Part shown: positions 20,406 to 30,737 of the stretch, one piece after another
Position numbering within the stretch: the stretch's first letter is position 1
Layout of the letters: every line of letters begins with the position of its first letter
Assembly: GCA_036825195.1 (NCBI GenBank)
Contig: DAISYQ010000002.1
Coordinates: 37,802 to 101,801, forward strand
DNA length: 64,000 nt
Source: Syntrophales bacterium
Lineage (GTDB): Bacteria > Desulfobacterota > Syntrophia > Syntrophales > UBA2210
Direction of reading: 5' to 3'
Program-made: the position numbers and the translations under genes
Notes under the pieces: generated by a model
Told to the model about the DNA's origin: nothing
Seen by the model: only the letters and a program-made list of their open reading frames with translations
The model's database searches: none

Positions 20406-21389
20406 TTACGTTACGGAAATCTTGATGGTGCCGCCTCTTCCCAGTATATCATGCAGGTGAACATATCCTTCAAGGTGCCCATCGCTGTCGATCGCGGCCA
20501 ATGTGGTAATCTCATCCTTTTGCATGAGTTCTATCGTTTGAGCCAGAGAGGTTCCAGGATCAACCGTTTTGGGCTGTATTGTCATCAGGTCGTCAATTAT
20601 TTTCTCTTTGAATCCTGTTCCCTTCCGGACGAGTCGCCTCAGATCGCCGTCGGTCAGGATACCGAGGAGGTGATTTGCCTTGTCCGTTATGAATATGAAC
20701 CCAAGGTTCTTCCGGTCCATCTCTTCAATGGCTCTGAGGGCAGGGGTTCCAAGGAGAACCCTTGGAATGTTATCGCCTCCGATCATGGCATCTCTCACTC
20801 GTGCCATCAGCCTTTGTCCGAGGTGACCCCCGGGGTGAAATTTATAAAAGTCGCTTTTTGTAAATCCCATTTTATTGACGAGGGCAACGGCAAGGGCATC
20901 TCCCATGGCAAGGGCGGCGGTTGTGCTCGATGTGGGAGCCAGGCCGAAGGGGCATGCCTCCCTCTCCACGCCAATGTTGATGACCACGTCACTGCTCTTG
21001 GCAAGGGTTGAATTTGTATTGCCGGTGAAGGCGATGAGGGAAAGACCGATCTCCCGCACACTCAGGATGAGCGTGTTGACTTCGGTTGTTTCACCGCTGT
21101 TGGATATGGCCAGCATTACATCGTCTCTGGTTACGATCCCTAGATCTCCATGCAGTCCTTCCACCGGGTGAAGAAAGATGGCGGGTGTCCCCGTACTTGT
21201 CATGGTTGCCACTATCTTCTTTCCCACGAGCCCTGATTTTCCGATCCCTGTGACGATTACACGTCCTTTAGCCTTGTATATGATTTCGACAGCCTTGGAA
21301 AAGTTGGCATCAATTCCGTCGATAAGCTTCAAAATACTTTCCGCCTCGATTTTGAGGACTTCTTTACCCTGTGCGATTGAATCTGTCAT
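20406..21389 (-). CDS. kdsD: Arabinose-5-phosphate isomerase (KpsF/GutQ family, SIS + 2 CBS)
   Basis: VTGIGKSG, EGLHGDLG, SNSGET, APTSSTT, FHPGG. Confidence 0.93.
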   Translation of the reverse strand: MTDSIAQGKEVLKIEAESILKLIDGIDANFSKAVEIIYKAKGRVIVTGIGKSGLVGKKIVATMTSTGTPAIFLHPVEGLHGDLGIVTRDDVMLAISNSGETTEVNTLILSVREIGLSLIAFTGNTNSTLAKSSDVVINIGVEREACPFGLAPTSSTTAALAMGDALAVALVNKMGFTKSDFYKFHPGGHLGQRLMARVRDAMIGGDNIPRVLLGTPALRAIEEMDRKNLGFIFITDKANHLLGILTDGDLRRLVRKGTGFKEKIIDDLMTIQPKTVDPGTSLAQTIELMQKDEITTLAAIDSDGHLEGYVHLHDILGRGGTIKISVT

Positions 21390-21558
21390 GTAAAGGATGC
21401 CTTATCTTTGTTTGGTATTTCGCAACATACGTTTCTCACCTAGAGCGCGGGTGATTATAATAGAAAACAACCGGCAGTGCAACAACCCGTATTCTTTCTG
21501 CACGGATGTTCTGTGGCATCTGAGATTATCCTCTTTTATTACACGGTGCGGGCGGGTT

Positions 21559-22248
21559 CTATCGGACGGTCACAGATTGTACCAGCTTTTCCAGTCTTTC
21601 CTTTGCACTGAGAAGGTCCTGATCGGTCCAGGTCTTTTCCTTCATGAAGTTACTATCCAGAGTTTTTGAGGCCACGAATCGCTGCAACACATACCGTTTG
21701 GCTCCCTGTATGAGCGTACCTATCGATTCCGGATCTCTTGTTGTCAGGAGGGATTTCACGATGGTTGTACGAAATTCATAATCGATGCCGGAGTCCATGA
21801 TCAATCGTATGCTCTTTGTAATATTTTCAGGAGCTATTTGACATCCGGTAACTCGTTCGTATTTCTCGATGGGGGCCTTGATGTCCATGGCTACATACTC
21901 CAAGAGGTTGTCATCGATCAATTTTTTCAGAACCTCCGGGACTGATCCATTCGTATCAATCTTTACCGCATAACCCAATGATCGTATTCGTCGTATGTAT
22001 CCAATTAGATCGGATTGTAGCAGGGGCTCTCCACCGGTGATGTTGACTGCATCGAGTTTACCTTTCCGTTTGTCGAGAAAGCTCAAGACAGCATCATCTT
22101 CGATCGTTTCCCTATAGAGCGAGGGTGTCACAAGTTCCGGATTGTGACAATAGGGACACCGGAAATTACATCCCTGTGTGAAAATCGTCGCGCATATTTT
22201 GCCCGGATAATCAATGAGGGAGAACCTCTGAATATCTCCGATCTTCAA
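21559..22248 (-). CDS. nrdG: Anaerobic ribonucleotide reductase activating protein (radical SAM)
   Basis: SLIDYPG, GCNFRCPYCHNP, TGGEP; directly downstream of nrdD. Confidence 0.92.
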   Translation of the reverse strand: MKIGDIQRFSLIDYPGKICATIFTQGCNFRCPYCHNPELVTPSLYRETIEDDAVLSFLDKRKGKLDAVNITGGEPLLQSDLIGYIRRIRSLGYAVKIDTNGSVPEVLKKLIDDNLLEYVAMDIKAPIEKYERVTGCQIAPENITKSIRLIMDSGIDYEFRTTIVKSLLTTRDPESIGTLIQGAKRYVLQRFVASKTLDSNFMKEKTWTDQDLLSAKERLEKLVQSVTVR

Positions 22249-22252
22249 CGGA

Positions 22253-24343
22253 TTACACCTGGAACACCTTTCTGGTCCTGAATTCTTCTTGCTTTCCCTT
22301 GTTCCACTGCTTTACCGGGCGCAGATAGCCCACCACGCGGGAAAAGACTTCGCAGGGAGCCACGCAAATCGGGCAGGTGTGCTGTTCTCCGTTAATGTAC
22401 CCGTGATTGGGGCACACACTGAAAGTAGGTGAAAAGGTAAAGTAGGGAAGATGGTATTTGTCACATATCCTGCGTACCAGTACCTTGACGGCGGAAGGAT
22501 TTTCAATACGCTCACCCGCGAAGATATGGAATACCGTACCCCCTGTGTATTTCGACTGAATATCATCCTGAAGATCCAGTGCTTCGAAAATATCGTCGGT
22601 AAAGTTTACGGGAAGCTGGGTAGAATTGGTATAGAACGCCTCTACAGTACTTTTTTTGGTCCCGTTTCCTGTGGCGCAGATAATATCGGGGAATTTCTCC
22701 TTGTCTTTCCTGGCGAGGCTGTAAGACGTTCCCTCGGCCGGAGTCGCTTCAAGATTGTAGTTGTTTCCGGTTTCCTTCTGGAACTCAAGCAGCCTGTTCC
22801 TCATGAAATCGAGTATTCGTTTTGTAAACTCCTGTCCTTCGGGATCGGCTATATCCTTTCCCGTGAGATTGAGGCATGCCTCATTCATCCCCACCAGACC
22901 TACCGTCGAAAAATGGTTCTTCCAGTATTCACCGAAACGCTCTTTCACGCCCCTGAGATAGTATTTTGTATAAGGATACAGGTCTCTATCGGTGAACTGT
23001 TCGAGTACCTTTCTTTTAATTTCCAGACTTTCTTTCGCCAGGACCATCAGATGGTCCACCCGTTCGATAAATTCGTCTTCAGTCTTTGAAAGATATCCGA
23101 TCCTCGGCATGTTGATGGTTGTTACACCGATGGATCCGGTCAGGGGATTGGATCCAAAGAGACCGCCCCCCCTTTTTTCAAGTTCTCTGTTGTCTATCCT
23201 CAACCTGCAGCACATGCTTCGCGCGTCTTCCGGATTCATATCGGAGTTGACGAAATTTGAGAAATACGGCACTCCGTATTTTGCCGTCATTTCCCACAAA
23301 TCATCCAGATCGGGATTGTCCCATTCGAAATCGGCAGTGATATTGTAGGTGGGAATCGGGAAGGTAAAGACACGCCCCTTGGCATCACCCTCTGACATTA
23401 CCTGCAAAAAGGCCTTATTGAAGATAACCATCTCTTTCTGAAATTCCTTGTACGTCTCGTTTTGCGGCTTACCTCCGATAATGACACCCTGGTCGGCATA
23501 ATATCTTGGCACCTTTACATCCAGCGTAACGTTGGTAAAGGGCGTCTGAAACCCGACCCTGGTCGGGACATTGATGTTGAAGATAAATTCTTGAAGGGCC
23601 TGTTTCACTTCCTTGAATCCGAGGTTGTCGTACCGTATAAAGGGTGCAAGAAGTGTATCAAAGTTAGAGAAGGCCTGCGCGCCGGCCGCTTCACCCTGCA
23701 GGGTATAGAAAAAATTCACGATCTGACCGAGGGCGCTCCGGAGGTGCTTTGCAGGTCTGCTTTCCACTTTTCCGGATGCCCCTTTGAAGCCTTCTATCAG
23801 GAGGTCGTACAGATCCCACCCCACACAATAAACGGAAAGGATGCTGAGGTCATGAATATGGAAATCTCCGTTCATCTGGGCATCTTTGATCTCATCGGGA
23901 TATATCTTATTTAACCAGTAGACCTTGCTGACTTCGGATGAGAGGTAATTGTTAAGCCCCTGGAGAGAGTAATCCATGTTACTGTTTTCATTTATCTTCC
24001 AGTCCATCTTCTTGAGGTACTGATCCACGAGATCAACCTCCATCTTATCGGCGATTTCTCTCAGTCTCGCATGCTGATCCCTGTATATGATATACGCCTT
24101 GGCGGTCTTGCGGTATGTGGAACCGAGGAGCACCTCCTCAACGATATCCTGTATCTCTTCAACGGTCATTATCTTGTCGTCAAAGAGCTTTTCAGCGAGG
24201 GCCAGCGTTTTGATCGTCAGTTTTGTCGCTTCTTTTTCACCGAATTCGCCGGTTGCCGTTCCCGCCTTTGCGATAGCGTTCGTGATCTTTGCAGCGTCGA
24301 ACTTAGCCAGACGTCCGTCTCTTTTCTTGATCTTGATGTGCAT
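22253..24343 (-). CDS. nrdD: Class III anaerobic ribonucleoside-triphosphate reductase with N-terminal ATP cone
   Basis: IKKRDG ATP cone, AAGAQA, MCCRL, EATPAEG, FSRVVGYLRP glycyl-radical motif. Confidence 0.96.
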   Translation of the reverse strand: MHIKIKKRDGRLAKFDAAKITNAIAKAGTATGEFGEKEATKLTIKTLALAEKLFDDKIMTVEEIQDIVEEVLLGSTYRKTAKAYIIYRDQHARLREIADKMEVDLVDQYLKKMDWKINENSNMDYSLQGLNNYLSSEVSKVYWLNKIYPDEIKDAQMNGDFHIHDLSILSVYCVGWDLYDLLIEGFKGASGKVESRPAKHLRSALGQIVNFFYTLQGEAAGAQAFSNFDTLLAPFIRYDNLGFKEVKQALQEFIFNINVPTRVGFQTPFTNVTLDVKVPRYYADQGVIIGGKPQNETYKEFQKEMVIFNKAFLQVMSEGDAKGRVFTFPIPTYNITADFEWDNPDLDDLWEMTAKYGVPYFSNFVNSDMNPEDARSMCCRLRIDNRELEKRGGGLFGSNPLTGSIGVTTINMPRIGYLSKTEDEFIERVDHLMVLAKESLEIKRKVLEQFTDRDLYPYTKYYLRGVKERFGEYWKNHFSTVGLVGMNEACLNLTGKDIADPEGQEFTKRILDFMRNRLLEFQKETGNNYNLEATPAEGTSYSLARKDKEKFPDIICATGNGTKKSTVEAFYTNSTQLPVNFTDDIFEALDLQDDIQSKYTGGTVFHIFAGERIENPSAVKVLVRRICDKYHLPYFTFSPTFSVCPNHGYINGEQHTCPICVAPCEVFSRVVGYLRPVKQWNKGKQEEFRTRKVFQV

Positions 24344-24372
24344 GAAGTACCCCCGCTCTCTATGTTACATAA

Positions 24373-24421
24373 ACACAACATGTTGTGGTTGTATGATAAT
24401 ATTAATACAATATGTCGTCAA
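24373..24421 (-). promoter_or_regulatory. nrdD sigma-70 promoter with two tandem NrdR boxes
   Basis: Boxes ACACAACATGTTGTGG (24373-24388) and ATACAATATGTCGTCA (24405-24420), 32 bp apart; minus-strand -35 TTGACG (24416-24421), 17 bp spacer, -10 TATCAT (24393-24398). Confidence 0.85.
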
Positions 24422-24585
24422 GATAATTTTTGTACCGGGGATAATAATGTAAAAAGAAGGTGTTGAAAACAGATCGGTTTGTTCGATCAAACCGTTGGTT
24501 GTTTCCGGAGGAAACGACACCGACTGCTTTCTCGGGAGGCAAAGACCTGCAGGGTATTAGGGGACATTATTTTGTGCAAGTCCCG

Positions 24586-24616
24586 GAAAAGGGGAAGCTT
24601 CACACTCCCCCTTTTC
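24586..24616 (-). terminator. Putative intrinsic terminator after the osmoprotectant operon
   Basis: GAAAAGGGGAAG...CTCCCCCTTTTC hairpin 20 nt past the SBP stop; UUUU follows on the minus strand. Confidence 0.55.
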
Positions 24617-24636
24617 TTGACTTCCGCATGGCAGTC

Positions 24637-25548
24637 CTATTTGATGAGATTCTTGCTCTTCAGCCATTCCAGGGCCACATCATGAACCTGCGCATGATCT
24701 ACATCCACGGATTTATTTAACTGCTGCATCTCTTCCGTCGTCAGGTTGTCCGCAATCGGTTTTAATATGGCTTCGATCTGAGGATATTTGTCAAGGGTCT
24801 CCTTCCTGATAACCGGTACGGGGTTGTAGACGGGGAAGAAGTACTTATCGTCATCGAGATTGACGAATCCAAAGGCCGCGATCCTTCCGTCGGTTGCGAA
24901 ACCCATCGCGCAGTTTACCAGACCTTCCTTCAGGGCCTGGTAGGTGAGTCCGACCGACATCTTCTTGACCTGTTTGGCGGGGACCTTGAATTGATAGGTT
25001 TTCATAACCTTTTTGAAACCGTCCGGCCTCTCCCAGAATTCCGCATCGAGGGCGAAGATGAAGGCGTCAGGATTTTTATTAACATATGCGCCAAGATCCG
25101 AGATACTCTTGATCCCCAGTTTGTCGGCCTCCGTCTTTTTCAACATCAGCGTATAGGTGTTGTTGAAGAGAACCGGGTCCAGCCACACAAGCCCCTTGGG
25201 GGCATCGGCTTCCTTTACCCAGTTGTAGACCTTTTCCGGAGCGGTCATGACCGCCGTATCTTTCTGCTTGTGATAAACCGTGTAGGCCGTGCCGGTGTAT
25301 TCATAGTAGAGATCGAACTGGGCGTTCTCCAGGGATTTCCGGGCGATAACCGATCCGACTCCCGTCTTTACCGTAACGTCGAATCCCTCCTGCTCGAGGA
25401 GAATGCTTGCCAGCTCGGGGAGCAGGTATTGCTCGGTAAAATTTTTCCCGCCCACGACCAGGGTCTTCTTCTCGGCAAGGACATTACTTGAAAAAAGGAA
25501 TGTCGAAACACATAATAACAGAATAACCAGCTTACATATCTTTTTCAT
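24637..25548 (-). CDS. Glycine betaine/choline osmoprotectant ABC transporter substrate-binding protein (OsmX/OpuCC-like)
   Basis: Signal peptide, VGGKNFTEQY, YEYTGT, FNNTY, FATDGRI, FFPVY. Confidence 0.9.
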   Translation of the reverse strand: MKKICKLVILLLCVSTFLFSSNVLAEKKTLVVGGKNFTEQYLLPELASILLEQEGFDVTVKTGVGSVIARKSLENAQFDLYYEYTGTAYTVYHKQKDTAVMTAPEKVYNWVKEADAPKGLVWLDPVLFNNTYTLMLKKTEADKLGIKSISDLGAYVNKNPDAFIFALDAEFWERPDGFKKVMKTYQFKVPAKQVKKMSVGLTYQALKEGLVNCAMGFATDGRIAAFGFVNLDDDKYFFPVYNPVPVIRKETLDKYPQIEAILKPIADNLTTEEMQQLNKSVDVDHAQVHDVALEWLKSKNLIK

Positions 25549-25671
25549 CGTATACCTCCTGTCTGTTTCCTGGCTGAATGCCAGAGAGTTATAATGGTTG
25601 AGGATTCAAGCAAACATAGTCTTTGATCGAATCCCGGGTTAAGCTCCGGTGATCTTTCGAACGGTACCTAT

Positions 25672-26412
25672 TCATCCCCTCTGATTGGAGAGACGCAGCC
25701 CTTTTGAGATCAGGATCAGCCCCAGAAGCTCGCAGAGAAAATCGGCGACGAGGGCCAGCAGGGTTACGGGAATGGCTCCTGCCAGCAGTTTCTCGGTCTG
25801 CATGAGGTTGATCCCCGTGAATATCAGATCGCCCAGTCCTCCGGCTCCGATGACGTAGGATAACGCGGCCGTTCCGATGTTGATAATCAGGGCCACACGA
25901 AATCCGGCAAGGATGACCTGCATGGCGTTCGGTATCTCGATCTCCATGAGGACCTTGAGTGGCGGCATCCCCATCCCCCTCCCCGCATCTATGAGGGCGG
26001 CCGGCACGGCCGTGATCCCGGCAAGCGTATTGCGGGCAACGGGGAGGATGGAATAGATGGTCAGGGCGAAGATGGCCGGTCGGGTGCCGATCCCCAGGAA
26101 ACTCATCGACAGCGCAAGCACGGCAAGAGAAGGGATGGTCTGGCCCAGGCCGATAATATACATGCAGATTCCCGCATACCGGCGGAATCGTCGCCTTGTG
26201 AGGATAATCCCCGCCGCGACCCCTATGATCGTGGCGAAGGCCATACTCACCGACACGATATACAGATGCTGGATGAACAGTCCCAGGATGACGGGATACT
26301 CATAGGGATCGGAGAGATATTCGATAAGGCCCGTTCGTTCGGCCGTCACTCCGGCGATCAGGATGATAAATCCAATGATGACCCGGTACAGTTTGGTGAG
26401 CAGGCTGGTCAT
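25672..26412 (-). CDS. Osmoprotectant ABC transporter permease
   Basis: QTIPSLA, LIDAGRGMGM (EAA loop), GAGGLG. Confidence 0.9.
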   Translation of the reverse strand: MTSLLTKLYRVIIGFIILIAGVTAERTGLIEYLSDPYEYPVILGLFIQHLYIVSVSMAFATIIGVAAGIILTRRRFRRYAGICMYIIGLGQTIPSLAVLALSMSFLGIGTRPAIFALTIYSILPVARNTLAGITAVPAALIDAGRGMGMPPLKVLMEIEIPNAMQVILAGFRVALIINIGTAALSYVIGAGGLGDLIFTGINLMQTEKLLAGAIPVTLLALVADFLCELLGLILISKGLRLSNQRG

Positions 26413-27077
26413 CGCATCAATCTCCTCTGTACCTTGATTCCCTCCGGCGTGGCGAGTCTCTCCAGCAGGGCCATTGATCCGTCAACGATCACGGCCAGTA
26501 TGGAGACGAGAATGGCCCCGCTCAGGATCATTTCCGGATAGACCCGTTCGATCCCCTGCTGAATATAGACGCCCAGACCTCCCGAACCGATATAGGCGGC
26601 AATGGCGGCAATGCCGATGTTCATGACGGCTGCCGTTCGTAACCCTGCAATGATCACCGGGATTGCCAGCGGAATTTCCACCTCCTGGAGCCGACGCCAC
26701 CTGTCCATACCCATCCCCCGGGCGGCGTCCACCAGAGAGGGAGGAACATTCCGTATTGCCGTGTAGGTGTTTCTGATGATGGGGAGCTGGCTGTAGAGAA
26801 CCAAAGCGATCACGGCGGGGACTTTCCCCAATCCCAGATCGAAGAGAGAGAGAAAGGGAAGCATGAGGCCGAAGAGGGCTATGGAGGGGATGGTCATCAG
26901 GATATTCGCGCCGTTGATTACCCGGGAGGCAAGCTTTTCATGTCGTGTGATTATGATCCCCAGGGGGACTCCGATCGGTGTGGCGATCAGGAGTGACAGA
27001 CCGACGATCCAGATATGTTCCCATGAGAGAAAGAGGACTTGGGAAGAGTTGTCCAGGATAAATTGCAGCGTGCTCAT
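26409..27077 (-). CDS. Osmoprotectant ABC transporter permease
   Basis: TIPSIALFG, LVDAARGMGM, GSGGLG; ATGA-type overlaps. Confidence 0.9.
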   Translation of the reverse strand: MSTLQFILDNSSQVLFLSWEHIWIVGLSLLIATPIGVPLGIIITRHEKLASRVINGANILMTIPSIALFGLMLPFLSLFDLGLGKVPAVIALVLYSQLPIIRNTYTAIRNVPPSLVDAARGMGMDRWRRLQEVEIPLAIPVIIAGLRTAAVMNIGIAAIAAYIGSGGLGVYIQQGIERVYPEMILSGAILVSILAVIVDGSMALLERLATPEGIKVQRRLMR

Positions 27078-28225
27078 GGCGACTCCTCATTATTCTCGCG
27101 GGACTCGGCCTCATCGGCGTAACTTTCCCTGACTACCTTTTGTATATCGTTGTACGTAACCGTCCCGGCGAATCTCCCGGTTTCGTCCACGGCACAGAAG
27201 GTGACCTCGTCGTACATCAGCATGAAGGAGAGTACGTCCCGCAGAGAGGTTCTCTCCTTGAGCAGGAGAGGGTAATGTTCCACCAGTTCTCGAACCGGTC
27301 CGTTCTCATACTTGAGAATTTTTGGGGTAACATGCCCGATGGGCCGGTCGTGTTCGATCACGATCCCGTAACGAAATCCCTTTTCATCGAGGAATTTGAG
27401 GGCATCCGGGGCGTTATCTCCCCCTTTGATAATGTTCTTCGGCTTCCGGTTGATTACGTCGGAGACCTGCATGAGTCCGAGGACCTTGAGCGCTCGATCG
27501 GCACCGACAAAATCGGCAACGAACTTGTTTTTCGGCTGTGTCAGGATCACTTCCGGCGTTTCATACTGGATCAAACGTCCTTGGTCAAAGAGGGCGATAC
27601 GGTCCCCCATCTTGATCGCTTCGTGTATATCGTGCGATACGAAGGCGATGGTCTTTTGCAACTTCGCCTGTAGTTTGAGAAACTCGTTCTGGATCTGTTC
27701 ACGATTAATGGGATCGATGGCACCGAAGGGTTCGTCCATCAGGAGAATGTCTGGGTTTGCCGCGAGACCTCGGGCCACGCCGACTCGCTGCTGCTGACCC
27801 CCCGATAATTCTGCAGGAAACCGGTCCCGGTACAGCTCCGGCTCCAGGTTGGTCATCCACAGGAGCTCATCGACACGATCATAAATTCGTTTCTTGTCCC
27901 AACCCAACAGTTTGGGAACGACTGCGATATTTTCCGCGATCGTCTTGTTGGGGAAAAGGCCGATGGCCTGAATTACATAACCCAGGCGCTGCCGGAGCTC
28001 GACGGCATCCATGTCCATGGTGTTCTGATCTTCGATCGTGATATTCCCCCGCGTGAGGGTTTCCAGACGGTTGGTCAGACGTAGCGTCGTCGTTTTCCCG
28101 CAGCCCGAAGGGCCGAGAAAGACCACGATCTCCCCCTGCGGTATGGTGAAGTTGACATTATCAAGGGCCGTAACGGCATCTCTCCCCGTGCCGAATATTT
28201 TTGTAACGGAGTCATAGGTTATCAT
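27074..28225 (-). CDS. Osmoprotectant ABC transporter ATP-binding subunit with C-terminal CBS pair (OsmV/OpuCA-like)
   Basis: GPSGCGKTT, LSGGQQQR, LLMDEPFGAID. Confidence 0.92.
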   Translation of the reverse strand: MITYDSVTKIFGTGRDAVTALDNVNFTIPQGEIVVFLGPSGCGKTTTLRLTNRLETLTRGNITIEDQNTMDMDAVELRQRLGYVIQAIGLFPNKTIAENIAVVPKLLGWDKKRIYDRVDELLWMTNLEPELYRDRFPAELSGGQQQRVGVARGLAANPDILLMDEPFGAIDPINREQIQNEFLKLQAKLQKTIAFVSHDIHEAIKMGDRIALFDQGRLIQYETPEVILTQPKNKFVADFVGADRALKVLGLMQVSDVINRKPKNIIKGGDNAPDALKFLDEKGFRYGIVIEHDRPIGHVTPKILKYENGPVRELVEHYPLLLKERTSLRDVLSFMLMYDEVTFCAVDETGRFAGTVTYNDIQKVVRESYADEAESRENNEESP

Positions 28226-28635
28226 TGGAGACCTCTTTGTCCTCTGAATGTTGAGCTTTGTTGTAAGGTATTGGTGGAACCCGTATCGAAATCAGGATGT
28301 TCCGCGTTGCAAGTTGGAGATAGTGTTACTCTCCGGTATTTTCAGGTAAAATGGACTGATTAGTTATGAATACAGCCTCTTGATATAATGCAAATTACAT
28401 ATATATATTTGAAATTACTATCATATATTCCATGCGTTGTCAAATCTATCAAAAACCCTTTAATATTTAGGTGGTTACATTTGACCAATATCAACCCGTA
28501 ATCAATATTTTTTTACCTTAATAGCGACAGTGGTATGGTATCCGTAATGTGTTGCTGTATGACTAAAAAACTTGACTAGTCCCCTTGGCTCGTACTAATA
28601 GATTCACTACTATAATCAAACGAAGGGGGATACCA

Positions 28636-29946
28636 TTGATTCCGCGATATTCAAGAGACAAGATGACATTTATCTGGAGCCCTGAAAACCGGTTCCAAAA
28701 ATGGCTGGATATAGAAATTCTTGCGTGTGAGGCCCTTGCGGCGAGAGGGAAGATACCGGCTGCTTCACTGGAAAAGATTAAGGAAAAGGCCGGTTTTGAT
28801 GTGCAAAGGATCGATGAGATAGAGGCGACGGTTAAACATGATGTAATAGCATTCCTCACATCTGTTTCTGAAAGAGTCGGTGAGGATTCGCGATACATCC
28901 ATATGGGCCTCACTTCTTCCGATATTCTGGATACGTCACTTGCCGTTCTCTTGAAAGAAGCGTCTGATCTGCTGATCGCGGATCTGGACGAACTGTTGAT
29001 TATCCTGAAAGACAAGGCGTTTCAATACAAAGATACCATCATGATCGGAAGGTCCCACGGGATACATGCGGAACCGATCACCTTCGGTCTCAAGATGGCC
29101 CTCTGGTATCGGGAAATGAGACGAAACAGGATACGCTTAATCAGGGCTCGAGAAGCGATCAGTTGTGGAAAAATAGCCGGTGCGGTCGGTACGTTCTCTT
29201 TTATTGATCCGGATGTTGAGGAATATGTGTGTGAGAAACTGGGGCTGAAACCCGCACCCATATCCACGCAGATTGTTCAGCGTGACAGACACGCCGAATA
29301 TTTCTCAACCCTCGCTATCATAGCATCTTCCATTGAAAAATTCTCCATTGAGATCAGGCACCTCCAGAGGACAGAGGTCAGAGAGGCCGAGGAATTCTTT
29401 TCTCCCGGGCAGAAGGGCTCTTCGGCCATGCCACACAAGAGAAATCCGGTACTTTCGGAGAATCTCTCCGGTCTTGCGAGGTTGATGAGATCATATGCAC
29501 TTGCGGCCATGGAGGATGTAGCTCTCTGGCACGAACGGGATATAAGTCATTCTTCCGTTGAACGGGTTATTGCTCCCGATGCCACAATACTCTTGGATTT
29601 CATGCTGAGCAGGTTTACCAGTCTTATGAAAAATCTGCTTGTGTATCCCGAGAGAATGATGGCTAATCTGAACATGACCAGGGGATTGGTGTTTTCACAG
29701 ATGGTGCTGCTGACGTTTGTCGAAAAAGGAATGTCGAGAGAAGATTCCTATGCAATTGTCCAGAAAAATGCCATGAAATCATGGAGCGAAAATCTGGACT
29801 TCAAACAGTTACTTCTCGAAGATAAGCAAGTCATGTCATATCTAAACAGTGAAGATATCGAGAAGGTGTTCAGATTGGAAAATTTCCTCGGCCAGGTGAA
29901 TTTTATCTTTGACAGGGTCTTTGGTGGTGAAGATGAAAACGGTTAA
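28636..29946 (+). CDS. purB: Adenylosuccinate lyase
   Basis: TTG start after GAAGGGGG RBS; IPRYSR, HDVIAF, GRSHGIHAEP, GSSAMPHKRNP. Confidence 0.96.
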   Translation: MIPRYSRDKMTFIWSPENRFQKWLDIEILACEALAARGKIPAASLEKIKEKAGFDVQRIDEIEATVKHDVIAFLTSVSERVGEDSRYIHMGLTSSDILDTSLAVLLKEASDLLIADLDELLIILKDKAFQYKDTIMIGRSHGIHAEPITFGLKMALWYREMRRNRIRLIRAREAISCGKIAGAVGTFSFIDPDVEEYVCEKLGLKPAPISTQIVQRDRHAEYFSTLAIIASSIEKFSIEIRHLQRTEVREAEEFFSPGQKGSSAMPHKRNPVLSENLSGLARLMRSYALAAMEDVALWHERDISHSSVERVIAPDATILLDFMLSRFTSLMKNLLVYPERMMANLNMTRGLVFSQMVLLTFVEKGMSREDSYAIVQKNAMKSWSENLDFKQLLLEDKQVMSYLNSEDIEKVFRLENFLGQVNFIFDRVFGGEDENG

Positions 29947-30562
29947 GCTCGTCTTACTGCTGTTTTTCCTGATGGGGATCTCGGGATGCAGCCACGTTAA
30001 GGAATATATTGAGATTGCAAGGGATGATGTCATTTCAGATAGATATCTCGATATGTTGAACCGGTACACCCAAGAGAAAACAGTGTATAACGCATTTGAA
30101 ACCACGATTCGTATTGTCTCCACATGGAAAAACAGGGAATTTACGAATGCATACCTCTCGGAATATTCCAGACTCTATCTTCTGACCGGTACCGATAAAG
30201 AAAAGAGAAGTGAGATACTATCTGATGCATCATCCGATTTCAGGGAATTTTTGTTTTACGCCTATATCCCTGACAGGGAATCCAACGATTTTTCAAAACC
30301 CGAATCGGTCTGGAAGATCTTCTCTTATGATGATGGAGAAGAAAGGCTAGAACCCCTTGATATACGAGAGATTAATACGACCCCCCTTGTCACGAAACTT
30401 TTTCCCTATGTAAAACCCTATGGAAAATTCTACAGCGTAAAGTTTCCCCTACACCCGCCATCAAACCAGGTTGACACAGCTCTTGGAAAGGGACCGAAAC
30501 TTATTTTCACCGGTGTGCTTGGAAAGATAGAATTGCAATGGAGTGGGATTAAAAAGGACTAA
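29933..30562 (+). CDS. Conserved hypothetical lipoprotein
   Basis: Signal with lipobox ISGC; overlaps purB stop. Confidence 0.7.
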   Translation: MKTVKLVLLLFFLMGISGCSHVKEYIEIARDDVISDRYLDMLNRYTQEKTVYNAFETTIRIVSTWKNREFTNAYLSEYSRLYLLTGTDKEKRSEILSDASSDFREFLFYAYIPDRESNDFSKPESVWKIFSYDDGEERLEPLDIREINTTPLVTKLFPYVKPYGKFYSVKFPLHPPSNQVDTALGKGPKLIFTGVLGKIELQWSGIKKD

Positions 30563-30595
30563 GACCTGTTTCGATTCATCCTTAATGATTAATGA

Positions 30596-30651
30596 CCACA
30601 ACATCTTGTGGTGTTTTCTCCTTGACATACAAGTTGAGTTACACTTATACT
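30596..30651 (+). promoter_or_regulatory. Sigma-70 promoter preceded by an NrdR-box-like palindrome
   Basis: CCACAACATCTTGTGG (30596-30611); TTGACA (30622-30627), 18 bp, TATACT (30646-30651). Confidence 0.6.
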
Positions 30652-30737
30652 CCCGCAAACGAAAGGTGGGCTTTCACTGCTTATATATTTGGGGGCTGTG
30701 GATTTCTTTCGGAAACGGGATGTAAAAGGAGGCAGTC

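Noticed and set aside
30652-30675. GCAAAC-GAAA-GGTGGG resembling a c-di-GMP-I riboswitch fragment
   Set aside because: The P2 stem around GAAA and the downstream ACGCAAAGC/P3 elements are missing
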